DNA of 64,000 nucleotides from assembly GCA_944320885.1 (NCBI GenBank), contig CALUJE010000005.1, positions 39,355 through 103,354 on the forward strand, in the 5' to 3' direction. The notes under the pieces are model-generated. The model ran no database searches and was not told the DNA's origin. It saw only the letters and a program-made list of their open reading frames with translations. A program made the translations under genes and the position numbers. This DNA is from an uncultured Phocaeicola sp. (lineage in GTDB: Bacteria > Bacteroidota > Bacteroidia > Bacteroidales > Bacteroidaceae). Shown here piece by piece: positions 19,534 through 28,012 of this stretch. Each line of letters opens with the position of its first letter. Position 1 is the stretch's first letter.

Positions 19534-19615
19534 TGCATCGGGCGATGCAGCGTTGTGCACCGGGCGGTGCAGTGTTGTGCATGCCGCGATGCAAAGTTGT
19601 GCATCGGGCGGTGCA
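19534..19615. repeat. Four tandem 22-bp units, each with a 16-bp GC-rich palindrome (TGCAYCGGGCGRTGCA)
   Basis: Units start at 19534, 19556, 19578 and 19600. Palindromes 1 and 2 are perfect 7+2+7, number 4 has one mismatch, number 3 is degenerate. Spacers are GCGTTG, GTGTTG and AAGTTG. Confidence 0.85.
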
Positions 19616-19681
19616 CTAAATATTTCCGGTGATATTTTTCTGTTTTCTCCTTTGGTATTCGGTTTGTCTGTGTAAGAAAAT

Positions 19682-22600
19682 TTACTGGTTTCGCTTGTCC
19701 TTGTATTCCGTAGGACTCATACCTGTTTTTTTCTTGAAGCACCGGCCAAAATAGTTGGGGTCTCCGAATCCGGTCATGTAGGCTATCTGTGCCACAGTGT
19801 ATGAGTCGTCGTCCATAAGCTGCAGTGCACGTTTCAATCTTATTTCGCGTATGAACTCTACAGGCGTAAGTCCCGTAATGCTTTTCAGTTTGCGGTAGAA
19901 TACGGTTCTGCTGAGGCAGAGATGCTCTGCAAAGTCTTCAATCTTAATGTCGGGGTTGGCTATATTCTGCTCAAGAAACCCGATAACCTGATGTATGAAT
20001 TGCTCGTCGAGCGAAACCAGTGACGGCTTGGAAGGTTCATACTCGGTTTTGCCGTTTGCGGCGGCCTTTTCTTCCGTATTGCTGCCGGCTGATGCCTGCA
20101 GGCGTGCCATGTATATTTCCTGCAACTGCTTTTGGCGTCGCAGGAGTGAGGCTATGCGCGTTTTCAGGTATGTGGCACTGAATGGTTTGGTAATATAATC
20201 GTCAATACCTTCTTCGAGACTGGCTATACGGTCATCGAGCGATGCCTTTGCAGAAAGGACAATGATAGGGATATGGCAAACGTTGATGTCCAGTTTCAGT
20301 TGTCTTACCATTTCGAGTCCGTCCATAACGGGCATCATCACATCGGTAATGATGAGGTCGGGGATAGACGAACGCGCTTTTTCTACTCCTTCACGGCCGT
20401 TGACAGCTTCGATAACCTGATATTGTTCAGACAATATGTTGTTCAGGAACTGCCGTAACTCATTGTTGTCTTCTACTACCAGTATTGTGAGGCGTTCCTT
20501 ATTTTCGTCTGTAGCGGGAGGCAATGTATTCTTTTTGTTTTCCGGGGTAGAATTATCTGATACATTTGAAGAACCATCATTTAATATGAACTCGGCATTC
20601 TTGTCCTCGTCGTATACAGAACGTTTTAACGGCAGGTATACAGTAAAACAGCTTCCTTTGCCCGGAGTGCTTTTGAGTTGTATGGAGCCGTGCATCAATC
20701 CTGTCATTTCTTTAACCAGAGAAAGTCCGATGCCCGAAGACGGCTTCCAGAAATCGGTATCTTTTCTTGGGATATTTTCAAAGCGTTTGAAAATCCGTTC
20801 CTGTTTGGACGGTTCTATGCCGATACCTTCATCCTTTACGCTTATCTCGGCATAATTTCCGGTTGTACGTACTTCTACGCTTATGCTTTTGCCGGCAGGG
20901 GTGTACTTGAATGCGTTTGATATGAGATTGAAGAAAATCTTGTCAGCCTTGTCGCGGTCAAGCCATATGGAGAGCTCCGGAAGTTCACTTCGAAGCTGGA
21001 ATGAAATGTTCTGTTCAGTAGCGAGCGACTGGAAATTGGTCATGAGCTGTCTGAGGAAACCAATCAGTTCTATTTTCTCTACTACGACTTTCATTTTCTG
21101 GTTCTGTATTTTACGGAAATCCAGAATTTGAGTCATCAGGCGCAGCATCCTGACCACATTGTTGTGTGCCAGCATCAGGTTCTCACGTGACTTCTGTGAC
21201 AGGGTCTGGTCTTGAAGGACTTCGTCAACCGGTCCGGAAATGAGTGTAAGCGGGGTGCGCAGCTCGTGCGAAATATCCGTAAAGAATCGCAGCTTGATGT
21301 CGGCAAGCTGTTGCTCCATGTCAATGCGGTGACGCAAACGGTATATATAAAACAGAACCAGCATGATAACGGCTGCCAGTATTATCAGTAACATGGCATA
21401 AAGCAATTTGGCCCAAATCGTCTCTCCAAAGGTCGGTTTGACTACCAGTTTCAGGCTTCTGACATTGTCCATCCAGATACCGTTGTTGTTGGTCGACTTT
21501 ATTTCGAGCGTGTAGGTACCTACAGGCAGTTTCATGTAAGCGGCCGCACGGGTTTTGCCTACGTTGTTCCAGTCTTTTTCCAGTCCTCGCAGGCGGTAGG
21601 CATACTGTATGTCTTGTGAGCCTACCATATCAATGGCAACAAACGAGAATATAATGTTGCGCTGTGATGGAGAGAGAGTTATCTGTGATATCTTGTTCGG
21701 ATTGTCTTGCAACAGATTGCCTTGTATACGTATGTCATTGAACAGTACCGTAGGAACGTAGTTGTCTACCTTCATCTTTTCCGGGTTGATTTCGAGAACT
21801 CCCTGATTGGTTCCTATAAGTACCCGTTGTCGGGATATGGACAAGGGGATGGCTTCGGAGAATTTTATTTGAGACCGGAAGGTATTGCTGTTATAGTTTA
21901 TGAACAGCCTGGAGTGAGGGTCGTATTTAGAAAGCATATTCTCAAAGATAATCCACAGATTGCCGTCATTATCCTCAAACATGGAATGTACCAGATTGGA
22001 AGGTAATCCTTTCATCTGCTCAAAATGGATGGAGTCGCTTAATAAATTATCTGATACAACGCGATTGACACCTCCGGTAAAGGTCGATACATAGATTTCC
22101 CCCTTGCTGTTTCGGAAGATGTGCATGACGTCATTGCCATTTAAGGAATGTGCTTCGTTGGCCTGGCGCTGGTTGCGATAGAAACGAATGTCGGCAGGAT
22201 TCTCAAAACGGGTTGAAAGTGAGATAAGTCCTTCCTGAGTACCGACAAGTAAAATATCATCGGGAGTTGTTGTGATAAAGCGTACCTTTAGTCCGGTGTC
22301 GGGATATGTTTTTTTCCAGTCGTTACCACTATGGATAAAGCGTGCGTGTCCGTCCTGCCACGTCAGCAGGTTGAGTCCTCCTTCAAAAGTTCCTATCCAG
22401 ATTCGGCCCTGACGGTCTTCATGCAGGGAATAGACCTGGTCACTTCCCAGGCTGTATGGCTCTTTTGATTTATGCCGGTATTGGGTTACTTTAAACCGGT
22501 CGGCAGATACAGGTTCCAGGCAATAGAGTCCCTTTCCTTTTGTTCCTACCCAGATATTTCCTCTTTTATCCTGAAGAATGGCATAGGCTCCGGATGAAAA

Positions 22601-24025
22601 CTTGCATTTCTTCGAAGTAATTTCTCCGTTGGCAGAGAGGTATCGGGGTGTTTTTTCCTTTTGGTCGTATACATATATGATACCCGACTGTGAGCCTATC
22701 CAGGTTCGTTGCATCTTATCCTGAAGAAAAGCTCTGGTATCCATGTTCTTTTCATGCATCTGCAGATTATAGAAATGCGGCAGACAAGACAGCTTTGTTA
22801 CACCACTGTGTGATGCAAACCAGAGATTTCCTTGCCGGTCGAATGTATAGAAACGGATATATGGGGCAAAGTTGGAATTCGGATCGTTCGGATTCTGCAG
22901 GTAAAGCTTGAACTCATCGTCCGCTTCGTCGTAATAACACATGGAACCGACGGAAGGGATGACCCAGAGAGTTGAATTCTTGTCTTCGAAAATGACACAA
23001 CGCCCTTTTCGCTGATCGGTTGTATGTGGAAAATCCGGAAGCCGGTAATCCTTTCGTTCCAAAGTATACAGATTGATGCACAGCATGTGTGAGTCGGCTG
23101 TCAATACCCAACATTCTTTGTCGTTATAATGTAAGGCTATAAAATCGTCTGATGAGCCCGGAGACGAATATCGGGTGAACGATTTCCCTTTGATGGAGTA
23201 TAGCCAGAAACCCTGTTTGCTTGTCAATCCCAGATAGCCATTGGGTAGTCCTGCTACAGAATTCAGATTCTTGCATTCGGCAGGCAGTTTCCGACATTCA
23301 GTCTTGTCGGTATTCTTATCGTAAATAACCATGCATCCGTCATCGGAAAAGAGAAAGATATTATTGCTTTTTTCTTTGAAGAAGCGGAAACTTTTTTCGT
23401 ATTCCAGATGCTTCTTGCCAATGATTGTTACGCCATTATTGGTAAGAACCCATTCGTTCCCTTCTTTGTCTAAGGAAACATTATAAATGATTTCTCCCTT
23501 GAGTGTATTGTTGGAAGTACTGTATAGCCTTATTCCATCTTCTTCAGTATAATGTGATTCATCTACTCTGAAGTTGAGTCCGTCACGTCCTATAAGCCAG
23601 GTTACCCCATTGCGCAGCGTATAAAGCCGTTCTATGTATATCGTTTCTTTCAGTTTCTGTTCGGCCTTGGCCAGCATGTCAATAAAGGTGCGTGTCTTCT
23701 TGTTGAATAAATATATGCGTCCGTCATAGGTTCTGCACCATATGTCGTCAGACGAGGTAGGTGATATGATGGTAATACGATTGGTTGTCAGAGCCTTTCC
23801 GCCTTCGGCCGACATGTTGTAATTGGTAAAGGAATATCCGTCATAACAGTCCAGACCGTTCCATGTGCACATCCATAATAATCCGTCGTTATCCTGGAAC
23901 AGGCGTTGTACCAGACTTTGTGACAAACCGTCGTTTGTATTGTATGTCTGTATTTTGCATATGGGTTGTGCCTGTATGCTCCAATGCAAACATTGGAATA
24001 TGAACAGCAGTAACAGATGTCTCAT
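19682..24025 (-). CDS. Hybrid two-component system sensor kinase / response regulator with AraC-type HTH (HTCS)
   Basis: Periplasmic beta-propeller repeats, TM helix (LLYAMLLIILAAVIMLVLF), HisKA (FFTDISHELRTPL), HATPase, receiver (ILVVEDNNELR...DVMMPVMDG), C-terminal AraC HTH. Start at MRHLLLLF (24025), or ORF maximum 24055. Confidence 0.95.
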   Translation of the reverse strand: MRHLLLLFIFQCLHWSIQAQPICKIQTYNTNDGLSQSLVQRLFQDNDGLLWMCTWNGLDCYDGYSFTNYNMSAEGGKALTTNRITIISPTSSDDIWCRTYDGRIYLFNKKTRTFIDMLAKAEQKLKETIYIERLYTLRNGVTWLIGRDGLNFRVDESHYTEEDGIRLYSTSNNTLKGEIIYNVSLDKEGNEWVLTNNGVTIIGKKHLEYEKSFRFFKEKSNNIFLFSDDGCMVIYDKNTDKTECRKLPAECKNLNSVAGLPNGYLGLTSKQGFWLYSIKGKSFTRYSSPGSSDDFIALHYNDKECWVLTADSHMLCINLYTLERKDYRLPDFPHTTDQRKGRCVIFEDKNSTLWVIPSVGSMCYYDEADDEFKLYLQNPNDPNSNFAPYIRFYTFDRQGNLWFASHSGVTKLSCLPHFYNLQMHEKNMDTRAFLQDKMQRTWIGSQSGIIYVYDQKEKTPRYLSANGEITSKKCKFSSGAYAILQDKRGNIWVGTKGKGLYCLEPVSADRFKVTQYRHKSKEPYSLGSDQVYSLHEDRQGRIWIGTFEGGLNLLTWQDGHARFIHSGNDWKKTYPDTGLKVRFITTTPDDILLVGTQEGLISLSTRFENPADIRFYRNQRQANEAHSLNGNDVMHIFRNSKGEIYVSTFTGGVNRVVSDNLLSDSIHFEQMKGLPSNLVHSMFEDNDGNLWIIFENMLSKYDPHSRLFINYNSNTFRSQIKFSEAIPLSISRQRVLIGTNQGVLEINPEKMKVDNYVPTVLFNDIRIQGNLLQDNPNKISQITLSPSQRNIIFSFVAIDMVGSQDIQYAYRLRGLEKDWNNVGKTRAAAYMKLPVGTYTLEIKSTNNNGIWMDNVRSLKLVVKPTFGETIWAKLLYAMLLIILAAVIMLVLFYIYRLRHRIDMEQQLADIKLRFFTDISHELRTPLTLISGPVDEVLQDQTLSQKSRENLMLAHNNVVRMLRLMTQILDFRKIQNQKMKVVVEKIELIGFLRQLMTNFQSLATEQNISFQLRSELPELSIWLDRDKADKIFFNLISNAFKYTPAGKSISVEVRTTGNYAEISVKDEGIGIEPSKQERIFKRFENIPRKDTDFWKPSSGIGLSLVKEMTGLMHGSIQLKSTPGKGSCFTVYLPLKRSVYDEDKNAEFILNDGSSNVSDNSTPENKKNTLPPATDENKERLTILVVEDNNELRQFLNNILSEQYQVIEAVNGREGVEKARSSIPDLIITDVMMPVMDGLEMVRQLKLDINVCHIPIIVLSAKASLDDRIASLEEGIDDYITKPFSATYLKTRIASLLRRQKQLQEIYMARLQASAGSNTEEKAAANGKTEYEPSKPSLVSLDEQFIHQVIGFLEQNIANPDIKIEDFAEHLCLSRTVFYRKLKSITGLTPVEFIREIRLKRALQLMDDDSYTVAQIAYMTGFGDPNYFGRCFKKKTGMSPTEYKDKRNQ

Positions 24026-24376
24026 TTTTATTTTTATACTTCTTTTCAAGTACATGCCAATAAATAGAAGTTTATCCCTAACAGGTTGATAAGTAAAGTC
24101 TTTCCTTTGTGTTATGCTTTATTAATCATACAATGTAAGGAATGCTTCAATCCTTATTTGTAAACATTAATTTGGAAAAACTTCATAAAGATAGTAATTC
24201 GTCTGAAATAATAAATAAGGTTTTTGGAAAAAATAAGTATCTTATTCAAATGTAAAAGAATGATATTCAGTGAAGAATCGGTGTATGACTTTCAGTATAT
24301 GCATATGTATTTTGTTCGGATTATCATTAATACCGTTATAAAAGCCGGTGGAATTGTTTGTTGCAAGATGTTCCGA

Positions 24377-24421
24377 TAAAAAAGCAAAAGACCAGACAGT
24401 GATTTTGAAAACTGCCTGATC
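24377..24421 (-). terminator. Rho-independent terminator after tmRNA
   Basis: On the minus strand GAUCAGGCAG pairs with CUGUCUGGUC (G-U wobbles included), followed by UUUUGCUUUUUU. Confidence 0.5.
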
Positions 24422-24430
24422 TTTTGTTTT

Positions 24431-24827
24431 GTGGACCTGGAGGGAGTCGAACCCTCGTCCAAACGAGGAAACCATATGCTTTCTACATGCTTATCTCAGC
24501 CTTCGGTTTTCGTGCATAAGCAAGACCTGAGCCACCCACTTATGCCTTATCCTCTAAAATTTCATCAAGACCGCGAGGAAAGATCCTGACTATCCCCGAT
24601 ATAACTGCACCACTATGCCAGAATGCTTCGGAGCAACAGCTTCTGAGTGATGTCTCGTTTCCGCACCTTGTGCAGAAATAAAGTTAATCTACTGTTCTTC
24701 GATTAAGCAGCGAGAGCGTAGTTGTTTTCGCCAGATAATTGTTTGGTAACTGTGATTATAGTGCAAATCACCGACGCACTGCATGCTTACATACCATTTC
24801 TGCCCGCTGTCAAATCCAAACAAGCCC
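24431..24827 (-). ncRNA. ssrA: tmRNA (transfer-messenger RNA)
   Basis: 3' tRNA-like end CGAGGGTTCGACTCCCTCCAGGTCCAC. 5' GGGCTTGTTTGGATTTGACAGCGGG. Internal tag ORF GGCGAAAACAACTACGCTCTCGCTGCTTAA encodes GENNYALAA* (24703-24732). Confidence 0.9.
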
Positions 24828-24835
24828 AAATAATA

Positions 24836-24861
24836 TAGCCCTTTTCCTCTGAAAAGGGCTA
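24836..24861 (-). terminator. Stem-loop after the rny stop, immediately upstream of tmRNA
   Basis: TAGCCCTTTT pairs with AAAAGGGCTA (10-bp stem, 6-nt loop), followed on the minus strand by TATTATTT. A TATATTTG -7-like box (24862-24869, minus) abuts it, so it could instead lie in the pre-tmRNA leader. Confidence 0.45.
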
Positions 24862-24908
24862 CAAATATAGATGGTTATGAAATAATATCCAAAAAATAGA
24901 CCGATTTT

Positions 24909-26444
24909 TTATTTAGCAAAGCTTACGGCACGTGTTTCACGAATAACTGTAATCTTCACCTGTCCCGGATAAGTCATTTCATCCTGAATCTTCTTGGCAA
25001 TTTCGGTAGAGAGTTGTTCAGTCTGCTTGTCGTCAATCTTGTCTGCGCCGACGATTACACGAAGTTCACGTCCTGCCTGAATTGCATAGGTCTTGGTTAC
25101 ACCCGGATAAGAAAGAGCCAGTTGCTCCAGGTCATTCAGACGCTTGATATATGCTTCTACAATCTCTCTGCGTGCACCCGGACGTGCTCCGGAAATAGCA
25201 TCGCAAACCTGTACGATAGGAGCGATAAGCGTTTCCATTTCCGCTTCATCGTGGTGAGCTCCGATAGCATTGCAGATATCAGCTTTTTCCTTGTATTTTT
25301 CAGCAAGTTTCTGTCCCAGCAGTGCGTGTGGCAATTCCGGTTCTTCATCGGGCACTTTTCCTATATCGTGCAACAGACCGGCTCTCTTGGCCTTTTTCGG
25401 ATTCAGTCCAAGTTCAGAAGCCATGATGGCACATAAGTTGGCTGTTTCACGGGCATGCTGAAGCAGGTTCTGTCCGTAACTTGAGCGGTATTTCATTTTT
25501 CCGATAAGTCGGATAAGTTCCGGATGCAAGCCATGGATACCAAGATCTATGGTGGTACGCTTTCCGGTTTCTACGATCTCGTCTTCTACCTGCTTGCGAA
25601 CTTTGGCAACAACCTCTTCGATACGTGCCGGGTGGATACGTCCGTCAGTAACCAGCTGGTGAAGAGCCAAACGGGCAATTTCGCGGCGCACGGGGTCAAA
25701 GGCAGAAAGTACGATAGCTTCCGGAGTGTCATCAACAACGATTTCTACACCGGTTGCAGCTTCGAGTGCGCGGATGTTACGTCCTTCGCGTCCGATGATT
25801 CGTCCTTTTACCTCATCCGAGTCGATGTGGAATACAGTAACAGAGTTTTCAATAGCCGTTTCGGTAGCAACTCGCTGTATGGTTTGAACAACGATGCGTT
25901 TAGCTTCTTTGTTGGCTGTCATTTTTGCATCGTCCATTATGTCGTTGATATAAGACTGAGCCTGTGTCTTGGCTTCTTCTTTCAAAGACTCAATAAGCTT
26001 CTCTTTTGCCTCTTCAGCCGAAAGTCCGCTCAAAGCCTCAAGCTTTTCTCTTTCCTGTGACTGCAGTTTGTCCAGTTCTTCCTTTTTCTTGTCAATAACT
26101 ACAAGCTGTGCTTCCAGATTTTCCTTGATAGCCTCAGCTTCATTGCGTTTGCGCTGAACTTCTTCCTGGCGCTGGTTCAAGACAAGTTCTCTTTGTTTCA
26201 GCTTGTTTTCTGCCTGTTGGATACGTTGATTGCGCTGCGCAACCTCTTTTTCCAAATCAGCCTTTTTGTTAAGGAACTTTTCTTTTACTTCCAGCAGCTT
26301 GTTTTTCTTGATAACTTCAGCTTCTGTTTCAGCCTCTTTCAGAATGCTGTTATACTTTGATTTCATTACGTATCTGAAAACCGTATATCCAGCAATGAGT
26401 CCTATGACAAGAGCAATTAATGATGTTACTATAGTTAAACCCAT
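24909..26444 (-). CDS. rny: Ribonuclease Y
   Basis: N-terminal TM helix, long coiled coil, KH domain ([15 protein letters not shown]), HD domain (LLHDIGK...GAHH). Confidence 0.95.
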   Translation of the reverse strand: MGLTIVTSLIALVIGLIAGYTVFRYVMKSKYNSILKEAETEAEVIKKNKLLEVKEKFLNKKADLEKEVAQRNQRIQQAENKLKQRELVLNQRQEEVQRKRNEAEAIKENLEAQLVVIDKKKEELDKLQSQEREKLEALSGLSAEEAKEKLIESLKEEAKTQAQSYINDIMDDAKMTANKEAKRIVVQTIQRVATETAIENSVTVFHIDSDEVKGRIIGREGRNIRALEAATGVEIVVDDTPEAIVLSAFDPVRREIARLALHQLVTDGRIHPARIEEVVAKVRKQVEDEIVETGKRTTIDLGIHGLHPELIRLIGKMKYRSSYGQNLLQHARETANLCAIMASELGLNPKKAKRAGLLHDIGKVPDEEPELPHALLGQKLAEKYKEKADICNAIGAHHDEAEMETLIAPIVQVCDAISGARPGARREIVEAYIKRLNDLEQLALSYPGVTKTYAIQAGRELRVIVGADKIDDKQTEQLSTEIAKKIQDEMTYPGQVKITVIRETRAVSFAK

Positions 26445-26462
26445 TTTATTTATAATTTTATA

Positions 26463-26521
26463 ATAAAAAAATGCACTACTTGTTTCAGAAGAACACTTCT
26501 CTTCTGAATACCAAGTAGTGC
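26463..26521 (-). terminator. Long stem-loop plus U-run between zapA and rny (terminator or attenuator)
   Basis: GCACTACTTG (26473-26482) pairs with CAAGTAGTGC (26512-26521), with an inner TTCAGAAGA/TCTTCTGAA pairing. The minus strand continues ATTTTTTTATTA. It ends about 19 nt before the rny ATG. Confidence 0.5.
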
Positions 26522-26552
26522 GCGAATATCTTTATTCAAAAAAATGTATACC

Positions 26553-26870
26553 TCAAATACCCTCTTTTTGTTCTTCTTTTTGAAAGAGCTCTTCCATTTC
26601 TTTGGTAAGCTGTTCCAATTTGTCCTTATAGGGCTGTGTATCGTTCCGGTATTCGGAGTTGACAACTTTAAAAGCAAAGTCAAAAGCTACCATTCTTAAA
26701 TGGTCAAGCATGGCACCCTCCGGTCTTCTTTCGCGATACATATTTAATTTGTCATTTATCTCTTTTGCAGCCTTTCTATACAACTCTTCATCTTTCCGAT
26801 TGATGGTCATTGAGTAGATGCTGTCTGCAATCGACAAATGAATCCTCATTTTTTCGTTATTATCCATCAT
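26553..26870 (-). CDS. zapA: Cell division protein ZapA
   Basis: 105 aa. The family-typical N-terminal beta segment (RIHLSIADSIYSMTI) followed by a helical coiled-coil tail. Confidence 0.85.
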   Translation of the reverse strand: MMDNNEKMRIHLSIADSIYSMTINRKDEELYRKAAKEINDKLNMYRERRPEGAMLDHLRMVAFDFAFKVVNSEYRNDTQPYKDKLEQLTKEMEELFQKEEQKEGI

Positions 26871-26879
26871 ACATCCGTT

Positions 26880-27182
26880 TTATCCATTTAATAAAGCGAT
26901 GCATTTATCGATTTCACGCACCAGTTTGGCTAATCGCTGTTTGGTATCTTTCGATTCGTTATCGTTGATACTGATTATTCTGGCGGCTTTTAGGTCTTTG
27001 TAATTTATTTCGGCCTGTCGGCAACGTTCTTCCAACTCTTTTATTTTTTCATCCTTTTGGAGCAGTTCCCGAGTCAAAATGTCGTTTTTTTGTTTTATCT
27101 GCTCATAAAGATAAAGCAAATGACGAAATCTTGCTTCAAAAATGCTGAGTTGTCTGTTGTCTTCTTCCGTCATATTATACAA
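26880..27182 (-). CDS. Small coiled-coil protein upstream of zapA (ZapB-like architecture, function unverified)
   Basis: 100 aa, heptad-rich (LLQKDEKIKELEERCRQAEINYKDLK). Only 9 nt separate it from zapA on the same strand. Confidence 0.7.
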   Translation of the reverse strand: MYNMTEEDNRQLSIFEARFRHLLYLYEQIKQKNDILTRELLQKDEKIKELEERCRQAEINYKDLKAARIISINDNESKDTKQRLAKLVREIDKCIALLNG

Positions 27183-27253
27183 ATCCTACACAAATATAGC
27201 TTTTCTTTACGAATAGCAAAAGTTTTTTTGTTTTATTTTATGAAAAACTATTC

Positions 27254-27868
27254 TCAATCTTCGTTTTTGGGTTTCGGCTCTTTTTTGGCCAGAATAACGA
27301 TATTATATACGTATTCGGTCATCCATTCACCGGAATAACCCAATGTATGTTGATATTTGCGTATGTTGCTGCATGTCTTTCTTACGGCATCATCTTTCCA
27401 GTCCGTACGGGTCAGTACATCATTAACGGTTTTTGCAGTCAGTTGGTAAAGAGTCTTTTTGAAGATGTTCGGAATACGGAATTTCCATTTCATCAGGTTA
27501 CCCATTAACACCATTAAATCCTGGCTGAATCCCTGAAACATGAATAAATAGTTTTTTATATCATTGATGCTGCGGCAGTTCTTTTTGATAGACATGTCCA
27601 CTTCCTTGAAAAAGTTATCGCTCATGCCGTATATCTCCTTCAGCATCTTTTTGCAGCGGCTTTTCTCGGCGATACCCAGCTTGTTGTTTTGTGTAGCTAT
27701 TTTTAAAGAGCGTTTGAATGCTGCCATATCCGGAAGGAATGCCAGGTTTGTTATGCCCAGGTTGCATGCCATCACTGACTGATAATATACTCGTATCAGT
27801 GTCATGAAGTCTTCCATTCCTCCTACATTCTCTTTTTCTTTTTTGGTAAATATGCTAAATAATCCCAT
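27254..27868 (-). CDS. Hypothetical cytoplasmic protein (204 aa)
   Basis: Clean ORF with a -7 box upstream. No signal peptide, TM segment or recognisable motif. Lys/Pro-rich C-terminal end. Confidence 0.65.
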   Translation of the reverse strand: MGLFSIFTKKEKENVGGMEDFMTLIRVYYQSVMACNLGITNLAFLPDMAAFKRSLKIATQNNKLGIAEKSRCKKMLKEIYGMSDNFFKEVDMSIKKNCRSINDIKNYLFMFQGFSQDLMVLMGNLMKWKFRIPNIFKKTLYQLTAKTVNDVLTRTDWKDDAVRKTCSNIRKYQHTLGYSGEWMTEYVYNIVILAKKEPKPKNED

Positions 27869-27908
27869 TTTTTTATTGATTTTAAATTTATAGATTTGTT
27901 CAATCTCG

Positions 27909-27916
27909 CAAAAGTA
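27909..27916 (-). promoter_or_regulatory. Candidate -7 box (TACTTTTG on the minus strand)
   Basis: Matches TAnnTTTG. About 41 nt upstream of the ATG at 27868. Confidence 0.4.
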
Positions 27917-27981
27917 AAGTATTCTGTCTAAATAGGCAATTTTTTATGTTACTAAATTCTGTTGTTTTGCCAGAAACAGCT

Positions 27982-27989
27982 TATCTTTG
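27982..27989 (+). promoter_or_regulatory. Candidate -7 box (TATCTTTG) for the GH2 gene
   Basis: Matches TAnnTTTG. About 24 nt upstream of the ATG at 28013. Confidence 0.4.
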
Positions 27990-28012
27990 TTATGAAAATA
28001 ATCTAATATCCA

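Noticed and set aside
19534-19615. Possibility that the 22-bp repeat array is a CRISPR array
   Set aside because: The repeats are contiguous with only 6-bp conserved linkers and no unique spacers. The unit is far too short, and there are no cas genes in the window.
19301-19742. Minus-strand ORFs of 97 and 86 aa and a plus-strand ORF of 93 aa across the HTCS-susC intergenic region
   Set aside because: Their reading frames run through the GC-rich palindrome array, giving repetitive MH..C..RC peptides. The last one overlaps the HTCS 3' end. They are better explained as non-coding repeat DNA.
24056-24430. AT-rich gene-free 375 bp next to the tmRNA 3' end, considered as a possible island integration scar
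   Set aside because: It is too short. It contains no integrase fragment that I could read and no repeat of the tmRNA 3' end. The tmRNA terminator plus the HTCS promoter region explain it.
24242-24475. 77-aa minus-strand ORF
   Set aside because: Its N-terminal part is simply the translated tRNA-like 3' domain of tmRNA (GFDSLQVH). It overlaps the ssrA gene and its terminator.
25524-26060. 178-aa plus-strand ORF inside rny
   Set aside because: A shadow ORF antisense to RNase Y.
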